Notes under the pieces: model-generated
Database searches by the model: none
What the model saw: only the letters and a program-made list of their open reading frames with translations
Told to the model about the DNA's origin: nothing
NCBI GenBank assembly: GCA_963749495.1
Contig: CAVVMW010000021.1
Span: 64,001 to 128,000, forward strand
Source: an uncultured bacterium
GTDB taxonomy: Bacteria > Verrucomicrobiota > Verrucomicrobiia > Limisphaerales > UBA8199
Length of the DNA stretch: 64,000 nucleotides
Direction of reading: 5' to 3'
In this document: one piece after another, positions 8,027 through 16,813 of the stretch
How positions within the stretch are numbered: the first letter of the stretch is position 1
How the letters are laid out: each line of letters starts with the position of its first letter
Translations under genes and position numbers: made by a program

Positions 8027-8515
8027 TCAAACCAGGCGTGGGACCGATGTCCCGCGCCTTTTTAATCGTGGGGGTGCCTCGCGGCGGCTCATTCGGCTGC
8101 GCATCGAGACAATGGCGTTGAGCGCGCGCGAGACGGGGCAATTTGCCTTGGCCTGCAGCACCGCGTCCACAAAGTCGCACTCCGCCGCCCGGGGCACTGC
8201 GGCGACCACATCCAGATCAATCCGCGTGATCGCCCATCCGGCGGCGGTGTTTTCCGTCGTGACCGTCGCGGTCGTGTCAATCTGGCGCGGGCTGTAGCCA
8301 GCCTCCGCGAGTTCATGGGCCAGGGTCAACGAGAAGCTGCCGGCGTGTGCAGCCGCAATCAGCTCTGAGGGATTGGTGCCGCGTCCCCTGCGGTCGCCGC
8401 CCGTCGCGTGGAGGGCTATATTCAGGGCGGCACTCGGTGTGCTGACGGTGCCCTTGCCACGCTGCCCCGTCCCGCACCAACGGACGGAGGCCTGCCGGGC
8501 ATATGTTTTCATCAC
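8027..8515 (-). CDS. osmC: OsmC-family protein with first catalytic Cys replaced by Ser
   Basis: ASVRW.G....GKGTVST, GTNPSELIAAAHAGSFS, AKANCPVSRAL. Confidence 0.75.
   Translation of the reverse strand: MMKTYARQASVRWCGTGQRGKGTVSTPSAALNIALHATGGDRRGRGTNPSELIAAAHAGSFSLTLAHELAEAGYSPRQIDTTATVTTENTAAGWAITRIDLDVVAAVPRAAECDFVDAVLQAKANCPVSRALNAIVSMRSRMSRREAPPRLKRRGTSVPRLV
8034..8063 (+). terminator. Intrinsic terminator
   Basis: GGCGTGGGAC-CGAT-GTCCCGCGCC then TTTTT. Confidence 0.75.
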
Positions 8516-8572
8516 AGCCTTATTGTGGACTGGCGCGCAGGTTCACGCCAATACTTAGAAACTGCAAGGGCG

Positions 8573-8611
8573 ATAGCTTTAGGCTATGACCGGAATGCCA
8601 ACAAAGTATTG
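8573..8611 (+). promoter_or_regulatory. LysR-type binding site (ATAG-N7-CTAT) with downstream activation-site-like sequence
   Basis: ATAGCTTTAGGCTAT (T-N11-A) at 8573-8587, then AAAGTATTGG, upstream of the radical SAM gene. Confidence 0.55.
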
Positions 8612-8647
8612 GCCGGCATCGAACCGGACGGGCATAATGCAAGGATA

Positions 8648-10609
8648 GTGAAAGCTCGACTCAAAACGGTCCTGTTAACCAGCGTCTGCCGCCCTCTGGG
8701 GCCGGCCTATGGCGACGCCCCTTCGGTCGGCTATGAACTCCTTTACGGGCAAGTGAGCTCGAGCCAAGGGCTCTTCAGCCCGCGCACGTTCAACATCCAC
8801 TTTTCCCTCGAGTACATCGCCGAGAACCTCGATGCGCCCACGGTGGTCTTGCAGTATCCATCCAGGAGCGAGCTCATCCGCGAGCTCAAGAAGGGATACG
8901 ATTACGTCGGCGTCTCCTTCCTGCTGGCGGTCATGCACCGGATGAAGGAGACCGTCGCGTTGATCCGCCAATACGCGCCCAACAGCAAGGTCGTCCTGGG
9001 CGGCTACGGCACGGCGCTCAAAGATGACGCGCTCAAACCGTACGCGGACTACATCTGCCGCGAGGAAGGCGTGGGCTTCTTCCGCCGGCTGTTGGGGGAA
9101 CCCGAGATCTCCATGCCCTACAAGCACCCGCTGCTGGTGAGCTGGCTCAAGGTGTTTGGGTGGCAGGTCTCGGGCACCGGCAAAATCCTCGCCGGGCTGG
9201 GATGCCCCAATGGCTGTGATTTTTGCTGCACTTCCCACTTTTTCTCGCGCAAACACATCCGCCTGTTGCCGGAGGGCAAGGACATCTACGCCGTCGCGGA
9301 ACGCTACCTGGACCTCGACCCGGAGCTGGTCCTGCTCATCATCGACAAGGATTTCCTGCTCAACAAGAAGCGGGCGATGGAGTTCCGTGACTGTGTGATG
9401 AAAGGCGGCAGAACACTCTCCATTTTCGCCTTCTCCAGTGTCAAGGCCATCAGCCAATACACGGTCGAGGAGATCCTCGAGATGGGCATTGACGGCTTCT
9501 GGATTGGATACGAGGGAACACGCTCCGGTTACGCCAAGCAGCAGGGCCGGCCCATTGCGGACATCATCACGGAGTTCCGCCAGCACGGCATCTCGGTTCT
9601 GACCTCGATGATCCTCGGGTTCGATTACCAGACCCCGGAAGTGGTGGCCCAGGAGTTTGACCAGTTGATGGAGCTCAAACCCGACCTGGCGCAGTTCCTC
9701 ATCTATGGGCCGGTTCCCGGCACGCCTTTTCACGAACGGGCGATCAAAGAGAACCTGCTCCAGGACGTGTACGTCAAAGACCCGGAGCTCATGTACCGGC
9801 GCGGGGACGGATTCGCCACGATGTGCAAACACCCAACATTGTCGGCCGAGGAAATCGAGCGACTGCAGCGCTGGTGTTTTGATGAGGATTTCCAGCGGCT
9901 CGGCCCGAGCATTTTCCGCACGATGGAAACGCGGCTGCTCGGCTACCGGAAGCTCAAGGACTCACCGAATCCCCTGTTGCGCCAGAAGGCGCAGTTTTAC
10001 GCCGAGGAGTTGAGGGGGGCGTACCCGGCGTTTCTCGCCTGCCTGCTGCTGGGCCCGAACGCGGCGGTGCGGCGCCGGATCGGCGATTTGGAGCGGGGCA
10101 TCCACGCAGAGCTGGGCGCTCCAATGCTCCGCGAGCGGGTCATGTCCGCGCTGGGGGTGGCGGCGGCCATGTGGACCGGTGTGACGCTGAAGCTGGACCT
10201 GTTTCAGCACCCAAAGCTGATGCGAACCACCTACCGGCTGCCGAGCCGGCGCTGGGCCGGGTTCGAACGTTGGGAGGAACTCCGCCGCAAGGCCCCGAGT
10301 CCCGGGCTTTCCGTCCAGGTCAATTTGCAGCACGCCAAGGCACAGGTGTGGTTGCGGGTGGAGGGCGCCCCTTCCGGCGCTGAAGCGGCGACGCTGGGCC
10401 AGCGCATCCGTGATTCCTTGACGCGCAGCAAGAGCCGCCTGGTCCTGGACCTGAAGAAACTCCAGTGGGACAAAGTGGAGGACCTGCGCCCGCTGCGTGA
10501 GAAGCTCTCGGACTATCGCTCGCGCATCCGGCTCATCCTGCCGAAAGTGGCGGCCGCTCATCCCGAGGTCATCCTGTTGGCCAGCATGTTCGAGCACTAC
10601 AAAGGTTAG
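8648..10609 (+). CDS. B12-binding radical SAM protein with C-terminal STAS-like extension
   Basis: VGVSF...VVLGGYG cobalamin-binding region; CPNGCDFC (CxxxCxxC); PVPGTP; GTG start after AAGGA. Confidence 0.85.
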   Translation: MKARLKTVLLTSVCRPLGPAYGDAPSVGYELLYGQVSSSQGLFSPRTFNIHFSLEYIAENLDAPTVVLQYPSRSELIRELKKGYDYVGVSFLLAVMHRMKETVALIRQYAPNSKVVLGGYGTALKDDALKPYADYICREEGVGFFRRLLGEPEISMPYKHPLLVSWLKVFGWQVSGTGKILAGLGCPNGCDFCCTSHFFSRKHIRLLPEGKDIYAVAERYLDLDPELVLLIIDKDFLLNKKRAMEFRDCVMKGGRTLSIFAFSSVKAISQYTVEEILEMGIDGFWIGYEGTRSGYAKQQGRPIADIITEFRQHGISVLTSMILGFDYQTPEVVAQEFDQLMELKPDLAQFLIYGPVPGTPFHERAIKENLLQDVYVKDPELMYRRGDGFATMCKHPTLSAEEIERLQRWCFDEDFQRLGPSIFRTMETRLLGYRKLKDSPNPLLRQKAQFYAEELRGAYPAFLACLLLGPNAAVRRRIGDLERGIHAELGAPMLRERVMSALGVAAAMWTGVTLKLDLFQHPKLMRTTYRLPSRRWAGFERWEELRRKAPSPGLSVQVNLQHAKAQVWLRVEGAPSGAEAATLGQRIRDSLTRSKSRLVLDLKKLQWDKVEDLRPLREKLSDYRSRIRLILPKVAAAHPEVILLASMFEHYKG

Positions 10610-10649
10610 TCCCGGCAAACAAATCCCGCGGGTTTTCCAGCGGTCATTC

Positions 10650-10810
10650 GGTGTATCCCGACACTGCCCCCGGAGTGCGCCCGTCCCCGGGCGCAGCAGC
10701 GACGGAACGGGCAGGCGCGCCGGAGTACCTGACCGCTGCCCTGGCTGCGGAGGTCGCTGCGCCCGAGGATGGGCGCACTCCGCTCTCGCCGCAGCCGGTG
10801 GGGATACGCC
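10650..10810. repeat. Second copy of the GGAGTGCGCCCGTCCCCGGGCGC palindromic element
   Basis: Homologous to 1898-2071; ends GGTGTATCCC...GGGATACGCC. Confidence 0.8.
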
Positions 10811-10868
10811 AAAGGGGTCATTGCGTGGTTGCCAAGGCCAGGGAAGCTGTTACACTGCCGCCCACGTT

Positions 10869-11762
10869 ATGGAACTGCGTCACCTGCGGTATTTCGTGGC
10901 GGTGGCGGAAGACCTGAATTTCACCAAAGCCGCCGCAAGACTGCATTTAGCCCAACCCTCGCTCACGCGCCAGGTCCATAATCTGGAAGAGGAGATTGGG
11001 GTGCGGTTGCTGACCCGCGCCAAAGGCCGGGTGGCCTTGACCCAGGAAGGCCTCTCGTTCCTGGTTGATGCCCGGCACATCCTGGCCCTGGCTCAGGAAA
11101 GCGTGGCGGCGGTGCAGCGTCTGAGCCGGGGGGAAACCGGCCAGTTGAACATCGCGTATTTGTCCAATTTTGATTTCCAGTCGCTGCCCGAGACGCTGGG
11201 GACTTTCCGGCAGGCCTTCCCGCACGTTGCGCTGAACCTGTTCGACATGACTCCGGCGGAACAGTTTCGCGCCCTCGAAGCGCGGAAGATCGATGTCGGC
11301 TTCGTCGGGCTGCGGCCCCCGGCAACCGCCGGCGGCCTGCAGTGGGAAAGTATCGCCCGGCACAGAACCGTCGTTGTCCTGCCGGCAAGACATCCGCTGG
11401 CCGGCAAGCGCCGGGTGAAGCTTGCCGAACTGGAAACGATGTTCTTTGTGGGCATGTCCGAGAAGACGCACCCGGGGTTTCGCGACTGGCTCAACGGAAC
11501 CTGCCAGCAGGCAGGCTTTACGCCGCGGGTCCTCCAGGACGCCGAGTTGGAGTCGGCCTTGATGACCTTCGTGGCCGAAGGCCTGGGTGTCACGCTGGCC
11601 CGCGAGCACATCAGAAAACTGCCCCACCCCGGAGTGGCCTTCCGTCCGTTGGTCCCTCCGGTCGAGAGTGATTATTGTATTGCCTGGAACCGCAATAACG
11701 ATTTGCGGGCCTTGCAGCAGTTCATCGAGATCATCAAGGGCCTCGCCGCACACGGCTGCTGA
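10869..11762 (+). CDS. LysR-family transcriptional regulator (BenM/HcaR/AlsR-like)
   Basis: MELRHLRYFVAVAEDLNFTKAAARLHLAQPSLTRQV HTH; AGFTPRV...GLGV substrate-binding domain. Confidence 0.95.
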   Translation: MELRHLRYFVAVAEDLNFTKAAARLHLAQPSLTRQVHNLEEEIGVRLLTRAKGRVALTQEGLSFLVDARHILALAQESVAAVQRLSRGETGQLNIAYLSNFDFQSLPETLGTFRQAFPHVALNLFDMTPAEQFRALEARKIDVGFVGLRPPATAGGLQWESIARHRTVVVLPARHPLAGKRRVKLAELETMFFVGMSEKTHPGFRDWLNGTCQQAGFTPRVLQDAELESALMTFVAEGLGVTLAREHIRKLPHPGVAFRPLVPPVESDYCIAWNRNNDLRALQQFIEIIKGLAAHGC

Positions 11763-11786
11763 GCCTATAGGCCGCTCGCATCAAAA

Positions 11787-11890
11787 ACGCCGCGAGTGGG
11801 GGGACCTTCGTCGCAGCCTCTGTCGGCGCCTTTGTCGGATTGGCCATTTCTCGACAAAGGTACCGACAAAGGCTGCGACAAAGGCCCGGA
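11787..11890. repeat. Palindromic element of 12-nt CGACAAAGG units
   Basis: (CCTTTGTCG)x3...(CGACAAAGG)x3; inverted homolog at 52405-52508. Confidence 0.8.
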
Positions 11891-11936
11891 TTCGGGCTTG
11901 CAAGCGGAGGTCCCGGTTCGGTTATACTGGGGACAG

Positions 11937-13814
11937 ATGCGGCAGCACCCAGTCAACCGGAAATTCGGGGCGGGGACATTCTTCCGGCCCTGGCCTGCTT
12001 TCCCGGTCGGGGCCCTCGTTCTCCTGGTTGGTTCGTTTCTTTATGTTTGGCTGCGGGTAGAGCCGCTCCTGGAGTATCACAGTTGCGGGCCGTACTTCTA
12101 CCGGCAACGGGTTTTCATGGAGACGTTCCTCGGTCGTCCAGGAGGCCTGGCCAGTTATGCCGGGGTGTTTTTGGCGCAGTTGAACTGCCTGAACTGCCTG
12201 GGCGCGCTGGTTTTCGTCCTGTCCGGGTGCGTGGTCTTGCTGGCAGCCCTCTTTTGTCTGGCTCGCATCAGCGGCAGGGCGCCGGGCTTTGCCGCCCTGG
12301 TTCCCCTGTTTGTGCTGCTGCTGCTGCGCAACCGCTATGGTTGCCCGGTGCCTGCCCTGAGCGTCGGCCTTGTCCTGGCGCTGGCCGCCTCCGCCGCACA
12401 CGTCTCGTTGCCCTGGCGGCGCCCTTGGTTGTCGACGGCAGTCAGCGGATTGGTTTCCGGTCTCCTTTTCTTTTTGGCCGGGCTTTGGTCCGCCCTGCTC
12501 TTTGCGGTCTTGTGTTGCTTGTTTGTGTTCTTCCAAATGCGGAACTGGCCTGCGGGGTTGGGATGCCTGGTTCTGGCGTTGGCGGCGCCCCTGGTGGCTG
12601 TCGGAACGGGAAACCTCGAAATTGCAGGACTGGTCAATCCCTGGCCGGAAGGAGTCGATTGGGTCCTTGCAGCCGCTCTCTACGCCTCGGTGCCCGTTGC
12701 GGGAGCAGTTCTGGCTTTGCTCCCGGGGCCTGCCACAACCCCAACTGCCAACCCGCAGCCGGTTTCGCCAGAGACGACCACGCCCGGCCCCAGCCTCGGC
12801 CGCTGGGTCCAGACCGTGCAACCCGGCCCGGCCGTGGTTGTCCTGGCGTTTCTGCTCGGGTGGGCCGCCGTATGGCTGACGTTCGATAGCCGCCAGAAGC
12901 TCCTGGCCGAAATCGACTACGACGCCAGTTGCGGGCAATACGAAGCGGTCCTTGCGGCGGCCAGGCAGGTCAAGGCGATGAATCATCCCGCCAAGATCCG
13001 CCTGCACCTGGCCCTCTATCACACCGGGCGGCTGGCAGAGGAGCTGTTTTCGTTTCACAACATGATTGACGACGCGCCGATGGAAGGAACCGGCGAGGAC
13101 TGGCGCGCGCAAAGCCAGGTCCTCTTCGAACTCGGTTTGGTCAACGATGCCGAGCACATGGCGTACCAGGCCCTTGAGATGGAGGGCGAGCGTCCGGATC
13201 TATTGCGTTTGTTGGCCCGCATCAACCTGCTGAAAAACCAACCCCAGGCGGCGCAGGTCTTCCTGAACGTGCTGAGCCTGATACCGTTCCAGGGTGAACG
13301 CGCCAACGAGGCCTGGCCCACGATGGACCCGCACCTGGCCGCGGCCGAGGTCGCCTTCCTGGCCCGGATGCGGGCGCAAATGTTGACCAACGAGGTGCCG
13401 CACGAGGGTCTGCCTGTGGGACCCCTGCTCGATGTCCTGCTCGCATCGAATCCCACAAACCGACTGGCCTTCGAGTACCTCATGGCCTACTACCTGATGG
13501 ACCTGGATTTGAAGAAAGTGGTCCAGCGCCTCCGGTTGCTCGACAACTTCAGTTACGCCCGAATCCCCCGGCCATACGAGGAGGCCCTGCTCCTCTATCA
13601 GCAAGTCGCGGGAGTTCGGGCCGAATTGAAAGGCCGCACGATCCGCCCCGAAACCGCCGAGCGATTCCGCCAGTTCAAAGAGGCAGTCAGGCAGTTGAAG
13701 GGAGGAGCCGAAGGCCAGGCGGCCATGGCCGCCAACTTCGGTGACACCTATTGGTATTATTATGCCGCCAGGAGCGTCGAACGAGCGGCCGAAGGTCAAG
13801 CCTCAGCACCATGA
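11937..13814 (+). CDS. Membrane protein with C-terminal TPR-like region (DUF6057-like)
   Basis: PGGLASYAGVFLAQ, about 10 hydrophobic segments, ELGLVNDAEH, NRLAFEYLMAYYL, FGDTYWYYY. Confidence 0.7.
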   Translation: MRQHPVNRKFGAGTFFRPWPAFPVGALVLLVGSFLYVWLRVEPLLEYHSCGPYFYRQRVFMETFLGRPGGLASYAGVFLAQLNCLNCLGALVFVLSGCVVLLAALFCLARISGRAPGFAALVPLFVLLLLRNRYGCPVPALSVGLVLALAASAAHVSLPWRRPWLSTAVSGLVSGLLFFLAGLWSALLFAVLCCLFVFFQMRNWPAGLGCLVLALAAPLVAVGTGNLEIAGLVNPWPEGVDWVLAAALYASVPVAGAVLALLPGPATTPTANPQPVSPETTTPGPSLGRWVQTVQPGPAVVVLAFLLGWAAVWLTFDSRQKLLAEIDYDASCGQYEAVLAAARQVKAMNHPAKIRLHLALYHTGRLAEELFSFHNMIDDAPMEGTGEDWRAQSQVLFELGLVNDAEHMAYQALEMEGERPDLLRLLARINLLKNQPQAAQVFLNVLSLIPFQGERANEAWPTMDPHLAAAEVAFLARMRAQMLTNEVPHEGLPVGPLLDVLLASNPTNRLAFEYLMAYYLMDLDLKKVVQRLRLLDNFSYARIPRPYEEALLLYQQVAGVRAELKGRTIRPETAERFRQFKEAVRQLKGGAEGQAAMAANFGDTYWYYYAARSVERAAEGQASAP

Positions 13815-15346
13815 TGACCCGAGCCTGGATATTTATCGCCTCTCTTGCAACTTCGCCGCTCCGCGCCTGCTGGCTGCTGGCCGCCGCTTGTCTGGCTGGC
13901 AGCCCACTCGAACCGCGGGCAGCCGAACTGCCGCGGCTGTTCCCCGACTACATTGGCGTCACTCTCCCGCCCAACATTGCGCCTTTGAACTTCAGAATCC
14001 AGGAACCTGCCGCCTCCTACCGGGTTGAGTTGCGCTCCACCAAAGGACCTCCCGTTGCCGTCTCCAGCCCAAACCCCGCGATTCGGATTCCGCCCAGGGC
14101 CTGGGCGGGCCTCTTGCGCGCCAACCCCGGCCAGCCTCTCTACTGGGACATCTCCGCGCAAAGGGCCTCGTCCGGTTGGACCCGGTTCGCCACGGTGACC
14201 AACTATATTGCACGGGAGGAAATCGATGGCTGGCTGGCTTACCGTCTGCACAAGCCGATCTTCAATTTCTACGTGCATCTCGGCATCTATCAGCGAAACC
14301 TGGAGTCCTTCGACCAAAAACCCATCCTCGAAAAGGAAAAGCCTGATCAAGGCTGCCTCAACTGCCACACCCCGTTGAACCGAAGCCCGAATACCTTCGC
14401 CTTCAACATCCGCGCCTACGGTGGCAAGAACCCGATGATATTGGTCATCTCCAACCAGGCCACCCGCGTGGACAAGACAATGGGCTACCTGGCCTGGCAC
14501 CCGAGCGGCCGGCTGCTCGCCTTCTCGGTCAACAAGCTTTCCCAGTTCTTTCATACCCGCGGTGAAACCCGCGAAGTCTATGATGCCAACTCGGATCTGG
14601 GCATTTACCGCGTCGATTCCAATATCGTCGTCTTCCCGCCCGCCATCGCCGCGCCCGACAGGAACGAGACCTGGCCCGCCTGGTCGCCCGATGGACGCTA
14701 CCTCTATTTCAGCAGTGCTGCCCCCCAGCCACGCGAAAGACTCCGCCAAATTCGCTACGACCTGATGCGGGTCAGCTTCGACATCCAAAACGGCCAATGG
14801 GGCCAGCCCGAAGTGATGATTTCCGCCGCGGAAACCGGGCTCAGCGTCTGCCAGCCCAAGATCTCCCCGGATGGCCGTTTTCTGCTCGTTACCCTGTGCC
14901 AGTATGGCAATTTCCCCATCCACCAGTCCAACAGCGATCTCTATGTGATGGACCTATCCGCCCGCAAACTCCGCCGGCTCGAAATCAATAGCGACCAGGC
15001 CGACACTTGGCATTCCTGGTCCAGCAACAGCCGCTGGGTCGTTTTCAGCAGCAAACGCATCGATGGCCTCTTGGCCCGGCCCCATTTCAGTTACGTGGAC
15101 GAACAGGGCGAGTTTCACAAGCCCTTTGTGCTGCCACAGGAAGATCCCACTTTCTATGGCTTCTGCCTCAACACGTTCAATGTGCCTGAACTGATGCAGG
15201 GGCCCGTGACCATCAACGCGCGCAACCTCGCCAGGGCGATTGTCGCACCCCGCAAAGTCCTAACCCCACAGGGCCCTGCCGGGCCTTCCTCGCCCGGTTC
15301 GCAGCCTGGCCAGGACCAATCCGGCTACCGGCAGATCCGGGAATAG
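13811..15346 (+). CDS. TolB/PD40 beta-propeller protein with CxxCH motif
   Basis: Signal-like N-terminus, LFPDYIGVTLPPNIAPLNF, CLNCH, WSPDG/ISPDG/WSSNS repeats; ATGA overlap with the upstream gene. Confidence 0.8.
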   Translation: MMTRAWIFIASLATSPLRACWLLAAACLAGSPLEPRAAELPRLFPDYIGVTLPPNIAPLNFRIQEPAASYRVELRSTKGPPVAVSSPNPAIRIPPRAWAGLLRANPGQPLYWDISAQRASSGWTRFATVTNYIAREEIDGWLAYRLHKPIFNFYVHLGIYQRNLESFDQKPILEKEKPDQGCLNCHTPLNRSPNTFAFNIRAYGGKNPMILVISNQATRVDKTMGYLAWHPSGRLLAFSVNKLSQFFHTRGETREVYDANSDLGIYRVDSNIVVFPPAIAAPDRNETWPAWSPDGRYLYFSSAAPQPRERLRQIRYDLMRVSFDIQNGQWGQPEVMISAAETGLSVCQPKISPDGRFLLVTLCQYGNFPIHQSNSDLYVMDLSARKLRRLEINSDQADTWHSWSSNSRWVVFSSKRIDGLLARPHFSYVDEQGEFHKPFVLPQEDPTFYGFCLNTFNVPELMQGPVTINARNLARAIVAPRKVLTPQGPAGPSSPGSQPGQDQSGYRQIRE

Positions 15347-15494
15347 GCGCCAGAAGGAAAACGCACGGATATGCTCTTCCAGCGGCTCTCGCCAGAGAGC
15401 CCATGGGGTGCAAATTCATTCCGAGCCGCAACGCATGTGTGCTCCAACTTGTTTCCATGTTCAATGGACAGTGCGGACACCATTATCTCCTTGG

Positions 15495-16802
15495 TTAGGA
15501 AAGCTTCAACTCCTCATCGAGCTTACGACGTGCGATGCTCTTGCTCTTCCCCACCGCCCGTTCTTCGAGAACACCATCCTTGATCAGTGCTTTCACCCAG
15601 TCATCGAGTTGGCCCTTTCGGACCTGAAGCGTTTTGGCCAGCTCTTGCAGTTTCGTTGGCTTCTCCAGCGATTCCAGGATCAGAGGCTTAACCGCGTCGT
15701 AAACGGTTGCTGGCGGAGCCGTCTGAGGAACGAATGCCGGCGTATTGGCGATTTCCGGCTTCGGCTCGGGCTGAGTCGCCAGGGATGCCCTCGGCTCGCT
15801 GGGCGTTGCAGCCGCAACCGACATCGGCTCTTCCAAAGCCTCTGGCGACTCGGGTTGACTGCCGGTTGCCTTTTGCAGGACGTCACGCAAACTGCCTGCC
15901 AGCGCGTCGGCCGGAAGCGGCTTCGCGCCCAGCTTCAGCAACTCCGCATTTCCTCTAGGGACAGCCGCGCCGGTTCTGACAAAGATCGTACGTCTTCGTC
16001 TGCGCTGCAACTCCTCCTCAGCACCCGCCCAAGTTCCGCCAGACTGGTAATCAGAACTGACGACCACGGCGAAATCAGAAAGAGCGTAAATGTATTTATT
16101 CCGCCCCATCGCGTTGCCGACGTTGAATCCGGCTTCTGGATTGTACGGCGAAACCAGGACCAGTTGCCCGCCCCGAATTCCTTCCCGGTATTTTCCGGAA
16201 ACCGCCGCCCGTAAGAGACTGTCGGCCATGACCCCAATAACCTTCCCGCCGGCGGAGAAGGCCCCGTGCATCGCGGTCTCATCAACGCCTCGGGCGGCCC
16301 CCGAAATCAACTGCATCCCGCACTGTGCGGCAGAACGGCCCAAGGCCCGTGCGAATTCCTGGCCGTCGGCATCGATGTGGCGCGACCCGACCACCGCAAG
16401 CCCCCCTTGAGAAAGGAGTGTGCCCTCACCCACTCCGTACAGAATCGGCGGCGCATCGCCTCGCAGATGAAGCTTGAGTCTTTGGGGGTAATTCTCGTCG
16501 CCGCGGCACACTACCCAAAGCCCTTTGTTGGTCCACTTCTCGATGGCCATCGCCATCGCCACCCCACGCGCCAGAAGGGTCTTCAGCCGCTCCGCCGGTA
16601 CCGGCGTGAACGCATCATTGAGCACCTCGGCTTTGTCGGCCTTCAGAAGATCAGATGGCCACATTTTCTTGCGGAACAGCCATGTCGCCAACTCATCGTA
16701 TTCCTTGATACTCAGCGGTCCCACCGCTCTCTCGTCGGCGGGACCAAAACGCCCGCACATCAGCAAGATCGCCTTGGCATTATCGGTTATCTGATCGATC
16801 AT
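15495..16802 (-). CDS. DprA/Smf-domain protein with C-terminal HTH (RqlI/PsyrA-like antitoxin)
   Basis: YPQRL, PPILYGVG, AVVGSR, SGAARGVD, MGRNKYIYALSD, GGTWAGA; C-terminal wHTH; GGAG SD. Confidence 0.85.
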   Translation of the reverse strand: MIDQITDNAKAILLMCGRFGPADERAVGPLSIKEYDELATWLFRKKMWPSDLLKADKAEVLNDAFTPVPAERLKTLLARGVAMAMAIEKWTNKGLWVVCRGDENYPQRLKLHLRGDAPPILYGVGEGTLLSQGGLAVVGSRHIDADGQEFARALGRSAAQCGMQLISGAARGVDETAMHGAFSAGGKVIGVMADSLLRAAVSGKYREGIRGGQLVLVSPYNPEAGFNVGNAMGRNKYIYALSDFAVVVSSDYQSGGTWAGAEEELQRRRRRTIFVRTGAAVPRGNAELLKLGAKPLPADALAGSLRDVLQKATGSQPESPEALEEPMSVAAATPSEPRASLATQPEPKPEIANTPAFVPQTAPPATVYDAVKPLILESLEKPTKLQELAKTLQVRKGQLDDWVKALIKDGVLEERAVGKSKSIARRKLDEELKLS

Positions 16803-16813
16803 AAGATTGCTCC

